Shown: positions 40,885 through 49,750 of the stretch, piece by piece
Position numbering within the stretch: position 1 is the stretch's first letter
How the letters are laid out: each line of letters begins with the position of its first letter
Program-made: the position numbers and the translations under genes
NCBI GenBank assembly: GCA_963848295.1
Contig: CAWKDB010000010.1
Coordinates: 3,424,001-3,488,000 of the forward strand
Direction of reading: 5' to 3'
Length of the DNA stretch: 64,000 nucleotides
Source: an uncultured delta proteobacterium
GTDB taxonomy: Bacteria > Myxococcota_A > Polyangia > Haliangiales > Haliangiaceae
The notes under the pieces: model-generated
What the model saw: only the letters and a program-made list of their open reading frames with translations
Database searches by the model: none
Told to the model about the DNA's origin: nothing

Positions 40885-40950
40885 ACCTCGAGCGTATCAG
40901 GCTTCCGGTCGCGGGCTTCCCGGATCGCGGGAGGTCAAACAGCCCCGACG

Positions 40951-41643
40951 CTACCCGTCGAGCCCGACGTAGATGTGCTGGACGTCATCGTCTTCGTCGA
41001 CCTCGGCGAGAAACTGTTCGACTTCTGCGCGCGCCACGGGATCGGCGACCTTCACAGGATTCTTGGGTCGCCAGCCGAGCCGCATCGTCGCCACCGTCCA
41101 GTCACGACCGGACAGCGACTTCGTGACCGCGTCGAGATCGCCGGTCTCGGTGTAGAACCGAAATCCGCCCTCGCCATCCGGCTCGAAGTCCTGCGCACCC
41201 GCTTCGATCGCGGCTTCTTCCGGGTCGGCGCCGGCGGGCGGGGTCGCATCGACGATGCCGACGTGCGTGAAGTCCCACGCGACGGCGCTGAGCTGGCCGT
41301 TGCGGAAGTGATGGCGAATGTTGACCGAGGTCCGCTTGTTGTTGTCGGTGAGGCACTCGACGATCACCGGCACGCGATGCGGCGCGAAGCCTTCGTAGAC
41401 CACCGTCTCGTAGGTCGTCACGTCATCGAGTAGGCCGGCGCCCTTCTTGATCGCGCGCTCGAGTGTGTCGCGCGGCATCGAGGCCTTCTTCGCGGCTTCG
41501 ACCGCCGCGCGCAACCGCGCGTTGGCCGCCGGGTCGGCACCGGCCTTCGCGGCGATGATGATCTCCTTCGCGAGCTTCGAGAACACCTTGCCCTTCGCGG
41601 CCGCGCTCGCGAGCCGACCCGCGTGCTTCCATTGTGCGCCCAT
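40951..41643 (-). CDS. YebC/PmpR family protein
   Basis: [33 protein letters not shown]. Confidence 0.93.
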   Translation of the reverse strand: MGAQWKHAGRLASAAAKGKVFSKLAKEIIIAAKAGADPAANARLRAAVEAAKKASMPRDTLERAIKKGAGLLDDVTTYETVVYEGFAPHRVPVIVECLTDNNKRTSVNIRHHFRNGQLSAVAWDFTHVGIVDATPPAGADPEEAAIEAGAQDFEPDGEGGFRFYTETGDLDAVTKSLSGRDWTVATMRLGWRPKNPVKVADPVARAEVEQFLAEVDEDDDVQHIYVGLDG

Positions 41644-41673
41644 GGCCGGCTTGTAACGTTGTACGTTGCCGCC

Positions 41674-42360
41674 ATGCAAGGCCGACGTGTCCTCGTCACT
41701 GGTGCCACCGGCGCGCTCGGCGCCGGCGTCGTCGCGAAGTTGCTAGCCGCGGGCGCCGACGTCTACGCGCCGATCCTCGAGGCGGCATTGCCGGCGCACT
41801 TGCCATGGCGCGCCGATCCGCGCGTGCACGCGATGCCGAACGCGTCGCTCGACGACGAAGCGCAGGTCGGCAAGCTCTACGACGTGCCCGAGCTGTGGGC
41901 CGCGATCCACCTCGTCGGCGGCTTCGCGATGGCGCCGATCACGTCGACGTCACTCGCTGACCTCGAGAAGCAGTGGCGGCTCAACCTCGTGACCTGCTTC
42001 CTCGGCTGTCGGGAGGCGGTGCGCGCGATGCAACGCGGCAAGGCCGGTGGCCGGATCGTCAACGTCGCGGCTCGGCCGGTCGTTGCGCCGGTCGGCGGCA
42101 TGCTCGCGTACACGACGGCGAAGGCGGGCGTCGCGGCGCTGACCCAAGGGCTGGCCGCCGAGGTCCTCGGCGAGGGCATCCTGGTCAACGCGGTGATGCC
42201 CTCGATCATCGATTCGGCGGCGAATCGCGCGGCGATGCCGAACGCCGACTTCGCGAGCTGGCCGAAGCCGGCCGAGATCGCCGAGACGATCGCGTACCTC
42301 GTCTCGCCCGCGAACGCGCTGACATCGGGAGCGCTCGTGCCGGTGTTCGGGCGCGCCTAA
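41674..42360 (+). CDS. SDR family oxidoreductase
   Basis: [22 protein letters not shown]. Confidence 0.9.
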   Translation: MQGRRVLVTGATGALGAGVVAKLLAAGADVYAPILEAALPAHLPWRADPRVHAMPNASLDDEAQVGKLYDVPELWAAIHLVGGFAMAPITSTSLADLEKQWRLNLVTCFLGCREAVRAMQRGKAGGRIVNVAARPVVAPVGGMLAYTTAKAGVAALTQGLAAEVLGEGILVNAVMPSIIDSAANRAAMPNADFASWPKPAEIAETIAYLVSPANALTSGALVPVFGRA

Positions 42361-42363
42361 CCC

Positions 42364-43449
42364 GTGACGTCCGCGGTGGTGCCGGCGACCGCGCGCGCCG
42401 CGATCGATCGCTGCGAGCGCGCGTCGCTGGTGTTCGATCTCGAGACGATCGAGAGCACGGTGCGCCGCGTCGCCGAGCTCGCGCATGCGCATCGCATTCG
42501 CGTGTTGTTCGCGGCGAAGTCGTTTCCACATCCGGCGGTGCGCGCGGTCGCGGCGCGGCATCTCGACGGCTTCGATGTCGCCTCGCCGGCGGAGCTCGGC
42601 GCTTGTGCGCCGCTCGTGCAGATGATCTCGATCGCCGATCCATCGGGCGCTGCGATCGCGGCGGCGGCGAGCACGAACGGCCGGCTGATCGTCAGCTGCG
42701 ACACCGTCGAGCACGTGCGGGCAGCGCCGGCGCATGCGGCGATCGCGATCCGCTTGTCCGCATCGTTGACCGGGCGCGATCCGGCGATCGGCGCGGTGCT
42801 CGACGGCAACGGCCATCATCGCTCGCGGTTCGGGCTCGATGTCGATCCCGCGCGCCGGCGCGCCGCGGTCGGCGAGCTCGTGCGCGCGGCGGCGGGGAGG
42901 CCGATCGGCTTGCACGTCCATCACGGGCCGATCGTCGCGGCGTCGGCGGAGCGATTCGTCGCGACCGCTCGGGCTGCGCTCGCCGCCGTCGAGGTCGCGC
43001 CCGCGTTCTTGAACCTCGGCGGCGCGTGGCACGGCATCGCCGATCTCGACGCGGCGTTCGCGACGGTGCGCGCGGCGGTGCCCGCCGACCTCGAGCTCGT
43101 GATCGAGCCGGGCCGGTTGTTCTCCGCCGGCGCCGGCTTCGCGGTCGGCCGAGTCACGGCCGCGCGTTCGCTCGACGATCGCGAGCTGCGACTGCTCGAC
43201 CTGTCGCGGATCTGCCACCTGCGCTGGAGTCCGATCGAGCTCGTCGCGCGCGCGCCGGCGCCGGGCGAAGGCCGCGCCGTGCTCTACACCGGCCCGACGT
43301 GCTTCGAGGAGGATGTGCTCGGCGAGTGGACCGTCGCGCCCGCGGTCGCGGCGGAACCGCGCGCGGTGTTCCGCGGCGTGACCGGCTACGCGCTCGCGTG
43401 GAACGTCGGGTTCGCGGGCGTCCCGCCGGCGGACGTCATCGTCTGCTAG
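42364..43449 (+). CDS. PLP-dependent fold-III decarboxylase (DAP/Orn/carboxynorspermidine family)
   Basis: FAAKSF, FDVAS, SRFG, NLGG, EPGR, GPTCFEED. Confidence 0.8.
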   Translation: MTSAVVPATARAAIDRCERASLVFDLETIESTVRRVAELAHAHRIRVLFAAKSFPHPAVRAVAARHLDGFDVASPAELGACAPLVQMISIADPSGAAIAAAASTNGRLIVSCDTVEHVRAAPAHAAIAIRLSASLTGRDPAIGAVLDGNGHHRSRFGLDVDPARRRAAVGELVRAAAGRPIGLHVHHGPIVAASAERFVATARAALAAVEVAPAFLNLGGAWHGIADLDAAFATVRAAVPADLELVIEPGRLFSAGAGFAVGRVTAARSLDDRELRLLDLSRICHLRWSPIELVARAPAPGEGRAVLYTGPTCFEEDVLGEWTVAPAVAAEPRAVFRGVTGYALAWNVGFAGVPPADVIVC

Positions 43450-43469
43450 CGCCAATGCCGCTCAGATAA

Positions 43470-43968
43470 CGTTGACCTTGACCTGAACGGTGAACCTGAA
43501 CTTGAACGGCACCTTAGACGTTGTCGTTGACACCGCAACTCCAGAGTTGTGTGGCCGATAGCCCGGTCATGCTCAGCTTCCAGAAGCTTCGCGTCGATCA
43601 ACGCTCGATCGAGTTCCTCGCGCTGGCACTGGAGATCATCGGCGAGCTTCCGAAGGGTCATGCCGAGCTTGCCGATCAGCTGGTCCGCGCCGCGCAGTCG
43701 CAACCGCGTAAGATCGCCGAGGGTGCGGGTCGTCGCACGAACGTCGATCAGGCTCGCCTCTACGCGCACGCGCGCGGCTCCGCGATGGAGGCCGCAGCGG
43801 CTTTGGACACGATGCGAGTCCTGAAGTTGGTCGGCGAGACGACCTACGCGCGCGGCATCGATCTACTTGAAGCATCGTGGCGATGCTCACCAAGATGACC
43901 TGATCGGGTCGACGTCAATGTCCAAGGTGGCGTTGATGTTCATGTTCATGTCGAGGTCAAGGTCAACG
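43470..43968. repeat. ~61-bp imperfect inverted repeats built of hexamers, flanking the four-helix-bundle gene
   Basis: 43470-43531 CGTTGACCTTGACCT...CACCTTAGACGTTGTCGTTGAC matches the reverse complement of 43908-43968. Confidence 0.85.
43569..43903 (+). pseudogene. Four helix bundle protein (23S rRNA IVP/bAvd-like fold) with apparent 1-nt frameshift near the C-terminus
   Basis: MLSFQKLRV.QRS...LADQLVRAAQS...IAEGAG...ARGSAME. The shifted frame at ~43872 gives IVAMLTKMT*. Confidence 0.8.
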
Positions 43969-43986
43969 CACTTATCTGAGCGGCAT

Positions 43987-44157
43987 GTGCGCCAGGCCAA
44001 GCCTGGGAGAGGAGAACGGATGGATATCCGCCTCTTCCGCCCAAGGTCGTCCACAGCATCTACCGGACGTAGCGAACCCGTGGACGAAGAGCCGGATGCC
44101 GGAAATCGGCACGTCCGGATCTGTGGGAGCCCCGGGTCACACCCGGGGCAACCCGAC
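43987..44157 (+). mobile_element. Internally deleted (miniature) group II intron
   Basis: 5' GTGCG; domain V GAGCCGGATGCCGGAAATCGGCACGTCCGGATC (44089-44121); domain VI hairpin ending CCCGAC. Its removal restores the TIR. Confidence 0.9.
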
Positions 44158-44175
44158 TGCTGCTAGCGCGTGCTG

Positions 44176-45567
44176 TTACTGGTCCGCGGGCGGCGCCTCT
44201 TCGACCGGCGCGTCGGGCACGACCGGCTCGGCGCCACCGCCCGCCGGCGCGAGGTCCGAGCGATCGACGCGCAAGCTGTCGGTCGAACGCGGCAACGCAT
44301 CGGCGCGGCGCGGCGGGAAGGTCAGCGCGAACGTGAAGTACACGGTGTTGCGCAGGTACGACGGGATCAGCAGCGCCGCGCGCGAGTCGCCGTTCTGCGC
44401 GAGCAGCTCGTAGCGCAAGCCATAGGTCTGGTTCGGCGCGGGCGAATAGGTCACGCCGAGGTCGAAGTGGGTCACGTAGAACGTCCCGTCGTTCGCACTC
44501 GTGTTCGCGTCGAGCAGCTCGGTGAGATCGAAGCCGATCGAGCCGAGCAGGTTGACCTTCGGCGCGCCGGTGTGGGTCGTGCCCAGCCAACTCAGCGGGA
44601 GTGCGAGCTGGAGGAGCGCGAGGTCGTCGCGGGTGTTCTGCGCGATCAAGAGATTTGGCGCGACGGTCTGGCGGACCTGCAACGTCGCGCGCCCCCAGGT
44701 ATCGGCGTACGCGACGAGCGCTCCGCCGGCGGGCAACACGGTCGCGTGCTGCGCTACGGTCGTGTCGATCGTGTGCAGCGGCACGATGGCCACGCCGCCG
44801 GCGTCGACGTTCATGCTCCAGCGGCGACCAAAGTCGCGGCGCCAGATCACGCGCGCCCGCGGATCGATCTGCTCGGCGAGCTGAACCGGGCCGACGACGC
44901 CCATCGCCAGCGTCTGCTGATCGAGCCGGAGGTATGCTCCGCCGAGCTCGAGGGCGAGCGAGTCGTGGTCGAAGGTACGCTCGATCGAGCCGAGCGCGCC
45001 CGCCTCGGCCGAGTCGATCGTGTCGTTCATCGCATCGGTGGTATCGACCACGTGGCCGTAAGCGGTCTCGGTGAGCCTCGACTTCTCGGTCACCTCGTAC
45101 GAGGCGGATTCGCTGACATCGGCCTGGCGGACCGTCTCCTGGCCCGCCGGCTGGACCATGACGCCGGTCTGGTCGGGCGACGTGCGCGCCGCCAGGGCGC
45201 TGAGCTTGCCGGTGCTCGCGTCGACCAGCGTGGTGACCTGCGACCGCGGTCCGGGCGTCCAGAACGCCCGCCACGCCGCGCGGAATTGCAGCGATGGTTG
45301 GTCGTTGTGGACCACGTACTCGAGCACCTCGGCCTCGGCGGTCAGCTCGTCGATCAGGGTCGGGCCCTCGTGGGCGAGCAGCAGGCCGGGCCGGACGTCG
45401 AAGAACACGTCGGCCTCGCGGTCGCCGTCGGCCGGCGCCGCCAGGGCGTTGTCGGTCGTCGCCACGCTCCCGTTGGCCGTGACGTGGTACGTGGTATCAG
45501 CGCGAGCATACGAGGCAGCCAACGCGATGACGCTTCCAAACGCAACCGCGGGCAGGGGCCAGCGCAC
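44176..45567 (-). CDS. Outer-membrane beta-barrel, possibly polysaccharide-export associated
   Basis: Signal peptide, TTDN near the N-terminus, alternating beta strands; lies near polysaccharide genes. Confidence 0.65.
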   Translation of the reverse strand: MRWPLPAVAFGSVIALAASYARADTTYHVTANGSVATTDNALAAPADGDREADVFFDVRPGLLLAHEGPTLIDELTAEAEVLEYVVHNDQPSLQFRAAWRAFWTPGPRSQVTTLVDASTGKLSALAARTSPDQTGVMVQPAGQETVRQADVSESASYEVTEKSRLTETAYGHVVDTTDAMNDTIDSAEAGALGSIERTFDHDSLALELGGAYLRLDQQTLAMGVVGPVQLAEQIDPRARVIWRRDFGRRWSMNVDAGGVAIVPLHTIDTTVAQHATVLPAGGALVAYADTWGRATLQVRQTVAPNLLIAQNTRDDLALLQLALPLSWLGTTHTGAPKVNLLGSIGFDLTELLDANTSANDGTFYVTHFDLGVTYSPAPNQTYGLRYELLAQNGDSRAALLIPSYLRNTVYFTFALTFPPRRADALPRSTDSLRVDRSDLAPAGGGAEPVVPDAPVEEAPPADQ

Positions 45568-45668
45568 CGCTTTTCTTGTAGCACGGGCTGCCGATGTCCA
45601 AAGGTCGCGCTAGTGGTTGACAGCCCTCGCTGGCGCCGTGCTTAGAATCTCTAGAAGGCATCTTACAA

Positions 45669-46595
45669 ATGCGCAGTGATCCTCCCGAAGAGCTCCCACC
45701 CCTGTTTGCCGCTGCCCCGCGCAAAGTCGAGCGCGAAGAGGACGAAGAAGACGCGGGCGATGAGGACGACGACGACGCCGAGGACGAGGACGACGACGAC
45801 GATGTCGGCGGCGCCGATGACGACGATGAAGAAGAGGACGAGCCCGACGACGAAGACGACGGTGCCGACAAGGTAGCCGACGAGGGCTGGTCACCGGCGA
45901 CGCCCGCCGACGACGAATGGGTCGAGGGCGAGGAGAAGCCCGAGGAAAAAGACAAGGACGAAGACGAGGAAGAGGACGACGCCGACGTCGGTGGTTGGCG
46001 TGAAGGCACCGCGCGCCCGCCGTGGGCCGGCGAAGAAGACGAGGACGACGACGACGATGATGATGACGACGACGAGGACGACGAAGAAGACGACGACGAT
46101 GACGTTGACGACGAGGACGACGAGGACGAAGAAGAGGACAAAGTAGCCGCTCGCCCGCGCGCGATCATCCGCGACGACGGCGACGACGACGACGATCCGC
46201 CGGCGAAGGACGACGACGACGAAGAAGAGGAGCGCGACGAGCGTCCGCCGCGTGGCCCGATCCCACCGCGCCCGGCCAAGCCGTTGCCGATGGGGAAGCA
46301 ACCGATCGTGGTTCCGGCCAAACCGGGCACCACCCCCGTCAGGCCGCTGGTTCCGGTCGCCAAGACACCGGTCGCGCCTGCGCCGGCGAAGCCTACGCCA
46401 CCTGCGAAGCCGACTTCGCCGCCGCCTGCGCCAGGCAAGCCGGCTGCGCCGCCGCCCGCCGCGAAGCAGCCACCCGCGAAGCCCGCGGCGAAACCGGCCG
46501 CCAAGCCCGCCGCTAAGCCCGCCGCCAAGCCGGCCGCCGCGAAGAAGCCAGCGCCGAAGAAGCCGGCGGCCAAGAAGCCCGCGAGGAAGAAGTAG
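45669..46595 (+). CDS. Low-complexity protein: acidic D/E block + Pro/Ala/Lys histone-H1-like tail
   Basis: Codon-structured GAC/GAA/GAG tracts and KPAAK repeats; fills the gap between genes. Confidence 0.7.
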   Translation: MRSDPPEELPPLFAAAPRKVEREEDEEDAGDEDDDDAEDEDDDDDVGGADDDDEEEDEPDDEDDGADKVADEGWSPATPADDEWVEGEEKPEEKDKDEDEEEDDADVGGWREGTARPPWAGEEDEDDDDDDDDDDEDDEEDDDDDVDDEDDEDEEEDKVAARPRAIIRDDGDDDDDPPAKDDDDEEEERDERPPRGPIPPRPAKPLPMGKQPIVVPAKPGTTPVRPLVPVAKTPVAPAPAKPTPPAKPTSPPPAPGKPAAPPPAAKQPPAKPAAKPAAKPAAKPAAKPAAAKKPAPKKPAAKKPARKK

Positions 46596-46683
46596 CGCCC
46601 GATCTCGCGCACTTAGGAAATCGTTCGGGAGCGCTGCGACTTTCCGTTAGGGTCGGGGCGTCTCGTGGTCAGAGCCACGAACG

Positions 46684-47238
46684 ATGACCGATACGAGCCA
46701 TGCCTGGGACGAGCTGTCGGAGCTGCTCGCGCCGATCCACGACGACGTGCAGTTGTTCGCACGTCGGATCGCGCGATCGAACGCAGAGGGCGACGATGTG
46801 TTCCAGGAAGCCGTGCTGCGGGCCGCCCGCAAGCTCGGATCGCTGCGCGATCGGTCGCGCTTCAAGTCCTGGATGTTCAGCGTAGTCGCGTCGGTGCACC
46901 GCACGCGCTATCGCCGATCGTTCTGGACGCGGTGGATCAGTGACGAAGTCGCGCCCGATCCCGTCGGTGACGACGGATCGCGATGGGCCGATGATCGAGC
47001 GAGCGCGAGTCGTGCGACCGCGGCGCTCGCGACGCTGTCACCACCGCAGCGCGAAGCGATCGTGCTGTTCGAGCTCCACGGTAACTCGATCGACGAGATC
47101 GCCGAGATCCAAGAGACCTCGGTGTCGTCGGTGAAATCGCGCCTCGTGCGAGGTCGCGATCGGCTGCGCGAATATTACGTGCAGCTAGGAGAACCGGAAC
47201 CCCGTAACGACCTCACCGAGGAGGTGTGCCGTGGATAA
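46684..47238 (+). CDS. ECF RNA polymerase sigma factor
   Basis: DDVFQEA, FKSW, QREAIVLFELHG.SIDEIA, VKSRLVRGR. Confidence 0.9.
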   Translation: MTDTSHAWDELSELLAPIHDDVQLFARRIARSNAEGDDVFQEAVLRAARKLGSLRDRSRFKSWMFSVVASVHRTRYRRSFWTRWISDEVAPDPVGDDGSRWADDRASASRATAALATLSPPQREAIVLFELHGNSIDEIAEIQETSVSSVKSRLVRGRDRLREYYVQLGEPEPRNDLTEEVCRG

Positions 47239-47869
47239 CCGCCTGTCTGAAGATCTCGCCGCCCTCGGCGAACGCTCGCAGCATCAGCTGCGAACGATGG
47301 CAGCGACACGCGCACACATCCTCTCCGCTCAGGAGAATTCGAAGATGCGCTTTTTCAAGAATCGTCCAATGCTCGCCGTGTTGATGGTGCTCGCTCTAGT
47401 CGGTGTCGCCAGCGGCGCCGCTTATGCGGTCGACCGCGTGTTCCTGCAGGTCGATCCCGACGAGACCGCGCCGCAGATTCAACAGGACGTGACGACGCAA
47501 TTGCAGAACGCTGGCGTGACGGCTGATGTGCACGCCGACAAACGCGATGGCAAGATCGAAGTGAAGATCGCGACGAGTGATCCAACGTTACCCGGCCGAC
47601 TCGATGTCAGCGCGCTCGGTGGGGCCGAGGTCGAGAGCGACCAGGGCGAGCTCACGATCGAAGTGCAAGCCAAGCTCGGCGACGCGCAGATCGCGCAGTT
47701 GACCAGCGCCGGGTCGAGCACCGACGTGCTGACCGCGTTGGCGATCGCCGAGACCAAGGGCGACACCGCGCCACTTGCCGCTGCATTCGCAGCACACGGC
47801 TTTCACGACGTGACGATCAACGTCGCCGGCACGTCGGTGACGGTGACGATCACCGCACCGCCGAGGTAA
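47231..47869 (+). CDS. Putative anti-sigma/membrane protein
   Basis: Overlaps the ECF stop; one TM segment, then an extracytoplasmic domain. Confidence 0.6.
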   Translation: MDNRLSEDLAALGERSQHQLRTMAATRAHILSAQENSKMRFFKNRPMLAVLMVLALVGVASGAAYAVDRVFLQVDPDETAPQIQQDVTTQLQNAGVTADVHADKRDGKIEVKIATSDPTLPGRLDVSALGGAEVESDQGELTIEVQAKLGDAQIAQLTSAGSSTDVLTALAIAETKGDTAPLAAAFAAHGFHDVTINVAGTSVTVTITAPPR

Positions 47870-47872
47870 TGT

Positions 47873-49252
47873 CTAGACATAGCCTTTGATCCTGAGGAAG
47901 ATCGGCAGCACGACGATCGCGTAGAGCAGCGTGATCGCCGCGACGATGACCAGGTCGCGTGCGGTCATCGAGATCTTGAGCTCGGGGCGATGGTGGCGAA
48001 CCGCCGAGTACCAAGCGCCGACGATCCCGAACAGGATCCACAGCGACGGATGATACGTGAACGACAGCGTGTTGATCTGAAATCCGGCCCCGGCGAGCGC
48101 GGCGAGTAACGCCATGCCCCACCCGCGCGCCGATTCGGTGCCCGGCACACTCTCGAGCTCGCGCGTTCCGACGATCAGGATCTTGAGCGACAGGTACATC
48201 ATCGTCAAGAACAGGTAGAGACCGGGCAGGCCGAGCTCGGCGAGCGCGAGGACGTACGAGTTGTGGGCGGTCAGGTTGTGGTGGTGAACGAACTGACCGG
48301 CGCCGACGCCGAATAACGGGCTGTGACGGAACATCTCGAGCCCGGTCGCCCACGCCTCGTAGCGTTCTTGCGTCGATTGATCGGCATCGCCGCCACTGCG
48401 ACTGCCGAACACGAGCACCGGGATCACGATCAACGCGACCGGGATCACAGCTCGCCAGCCATAGCGTCTGATCACGAATACACCGGGGACGAGCATCGCG
48501 GCGATCAGGCCGCCGCGCGACTCGGTCATGAACACGGTGACCAGCACGACGGCACACGCCACCCCGGTCGTGAAGTAGGTGCCGGCCTTTCGTCTACGAA
48601 GCGCGAACCCGATCAGCATCGCGAGCCCGCACGAGCTCATCACGAGCGCGACTTCGTTCGGATCGTGGAGGTCGCCGCGATAGCGCACGCGATCCTCGAC
48701 GCTGTAGGTGCCGAACCAGCCGATGTGCTCGCAGCGATAGTCGAGGGTCTCGTCGACGCCCGGGCCGACGCATTGCTCCGACGTCTCGCACAGGCGGCCG
48801 TCCGGCGTGCCTTCGATCGCTCCGTTGTTCTCTTCGCCGGCGATGCATCCGCGAGGAGCGAGCCCTTGGTCGAAGCACACCGCGGTGATGAATAGCGTCG
48901 AGGCCGTGAGTGCACCGACGACGAACCCGAATGTGCGGAATCGCTGGACGCCGTGCGCGATCGTGCCGTACAGCGTCAGCAAGATCGCCATCTCGATCAG
49001 CTTCGGCACGATCGTGTCGGGTGCGGTGAACGCCGTCGCGATGCCCACCCACACCACGAACGCGATCGCCCAGGGCATCGTCGCGCTCGCGATCGGCTGG
49101 AGCCGGCGGAGCCGCACGTCGATCGCGTAGCCCACGAGCGCGAGCAACGCGAACAGATACAGCATCGGTATCTTCTGGAGCAGCGGTACGAACTCCTGCG
49201 GCCTCACCATGATGAAGACGATCAAGAGCCCGATGCCGGGGAGCGCGAACAC
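47873..49252 (-). CDS. O-antigen ligase/Wzy-like polymerase family protein
   Basis: DPNE, TESRGG, PLFGVG.G.F, AHNSYV...AELG. Confidence 0.88.
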   Translation of the reverse strand: MFALPGIGLLIVFIMVRPQEFVPLLQKIPMLYLFALLALVGYAIDVRLRRLQPIASATMPWAIAFVVWVGIATAFTAPDTIVPKLIEMAILLTLYGTIAHGVQRFRTFGFVVGALTASTLFITAVCFDQGLAPRGCIAGEENNGAIEGTPDGRLCETSEQCVGPGVDETLDYRCEHIGWFGTYSVEDRVRYRGDLHDPNEVALVMSSCGLAMLIGFALRRRKAGTYFTTGVACAVVLVTVFMTESRGGLIAAMLVPGVFVIRRYGWRAVIPVALIVIPVLVFGSRSGGDADQSTQERYEAWATGLEMFRHSPLFGVGAGQFVHHHNLTAHNSYVLALAELGLPGLYLFLTMMYLSLKILIVGTRELESVPGTESARGWGMALLAALAGAGFQINTLSFTYHPSLWILFGIVGAWYSAVRHHRPELKISMTARDLVIVAAITLLYAIVVLPIFLRIKGYV

Positions 49253-49330
49253 GCGGTGCGATCATCGCTTATATACGCGGCGTTTGGTGACGAACTGGAT
49301 CCGCGCGCCAGGGCAGCCGAAAATTTTCCA

Positions 49331-49729
49331 ATGCAGGACCATCGTCGCCAGAGCCCGCGCATAGCCGCCTCCGCCCTGTGCTGGGAGGTGATCGACGATC
49401 GCGAGACCTCCGCGCTCGTCGTGGATTTCTCGTCGACCGGCGCTCGCGTCGAGCGGCCGTACCTCGGAGGGCGGATCGCGCGCCACGTCCCGCTCCAGCT
49501 CGAGGTCCCCGGCATCGACGAGGTGATGTGGGCGCGCGCCGATCTCGTGTTCGATCAGCTCGTGCCGACGAAGCTGCTCGCGAGCCCGTTCGGGCTGCTG
49601 CGCCGCACCGGCTATCGGATCGCGCTCGCCGCGGCCCGCGATCTGCGCTTGCTCAAAGAGTTCGTGTTCGAGCGCGATCGCGCGCTGCAGTGCGAAGAAG
49701 CGTTGCTGTTCGCCAGTTGCTACCGATAG
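49331..49729 (+). CDS. PilZ domain protein
   Basis: RRQSPR (RxxxR) and DFSSTG (DxSxxG). Confidence 0.75.
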   Translation: MQDHRRQSPRIAASALCWEVIDDRETSALVVDFSSTGARVERPYLGGRIARHVPLQLEVPGIDEVMWARADLVFDQLVPTKLLASPFGLLRRTGYRIALAAARDLRLLKEFVFERDRALQCEEALLFASCYR

Positions 49730-49750
49730 CTGTCGGCGCTACAGCAGGGC

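Larger units (their letters stand above)
43453..44159. mobile_element. IS4-like non-autonomous insertion cassette (MITE/MIC)
   Basis: TIR CAATGCCGCTCAGATAA (43453-43469). Its complement lies at 43972-43986 + 44158-44159. A 10-bp direct repeat CTGCTAGCGC flanks the element (43443-43452, 44160-44169). No transposase. Confidence 0.85.

Noticed and set aside
43453..44159. Diversity-generating retroelement (Avd-like gene present)
   Set aside because: No reverse transcriptase and no TR/VR pair differing at adenines was seen
43453..44159. Integron cassette/attC with a class IIC intron
   Set aside because: No convincing RYYYAAC/GTTRRRY pair, and domain V has an AGC triad rather than the IIC-type CGC. 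TIR plus TSD explains the ends better.
45617..45648. TTGACA...TAGAAT sigma-70 promoter
   Set aside because: The 20-nt spacer is too long for a confident call
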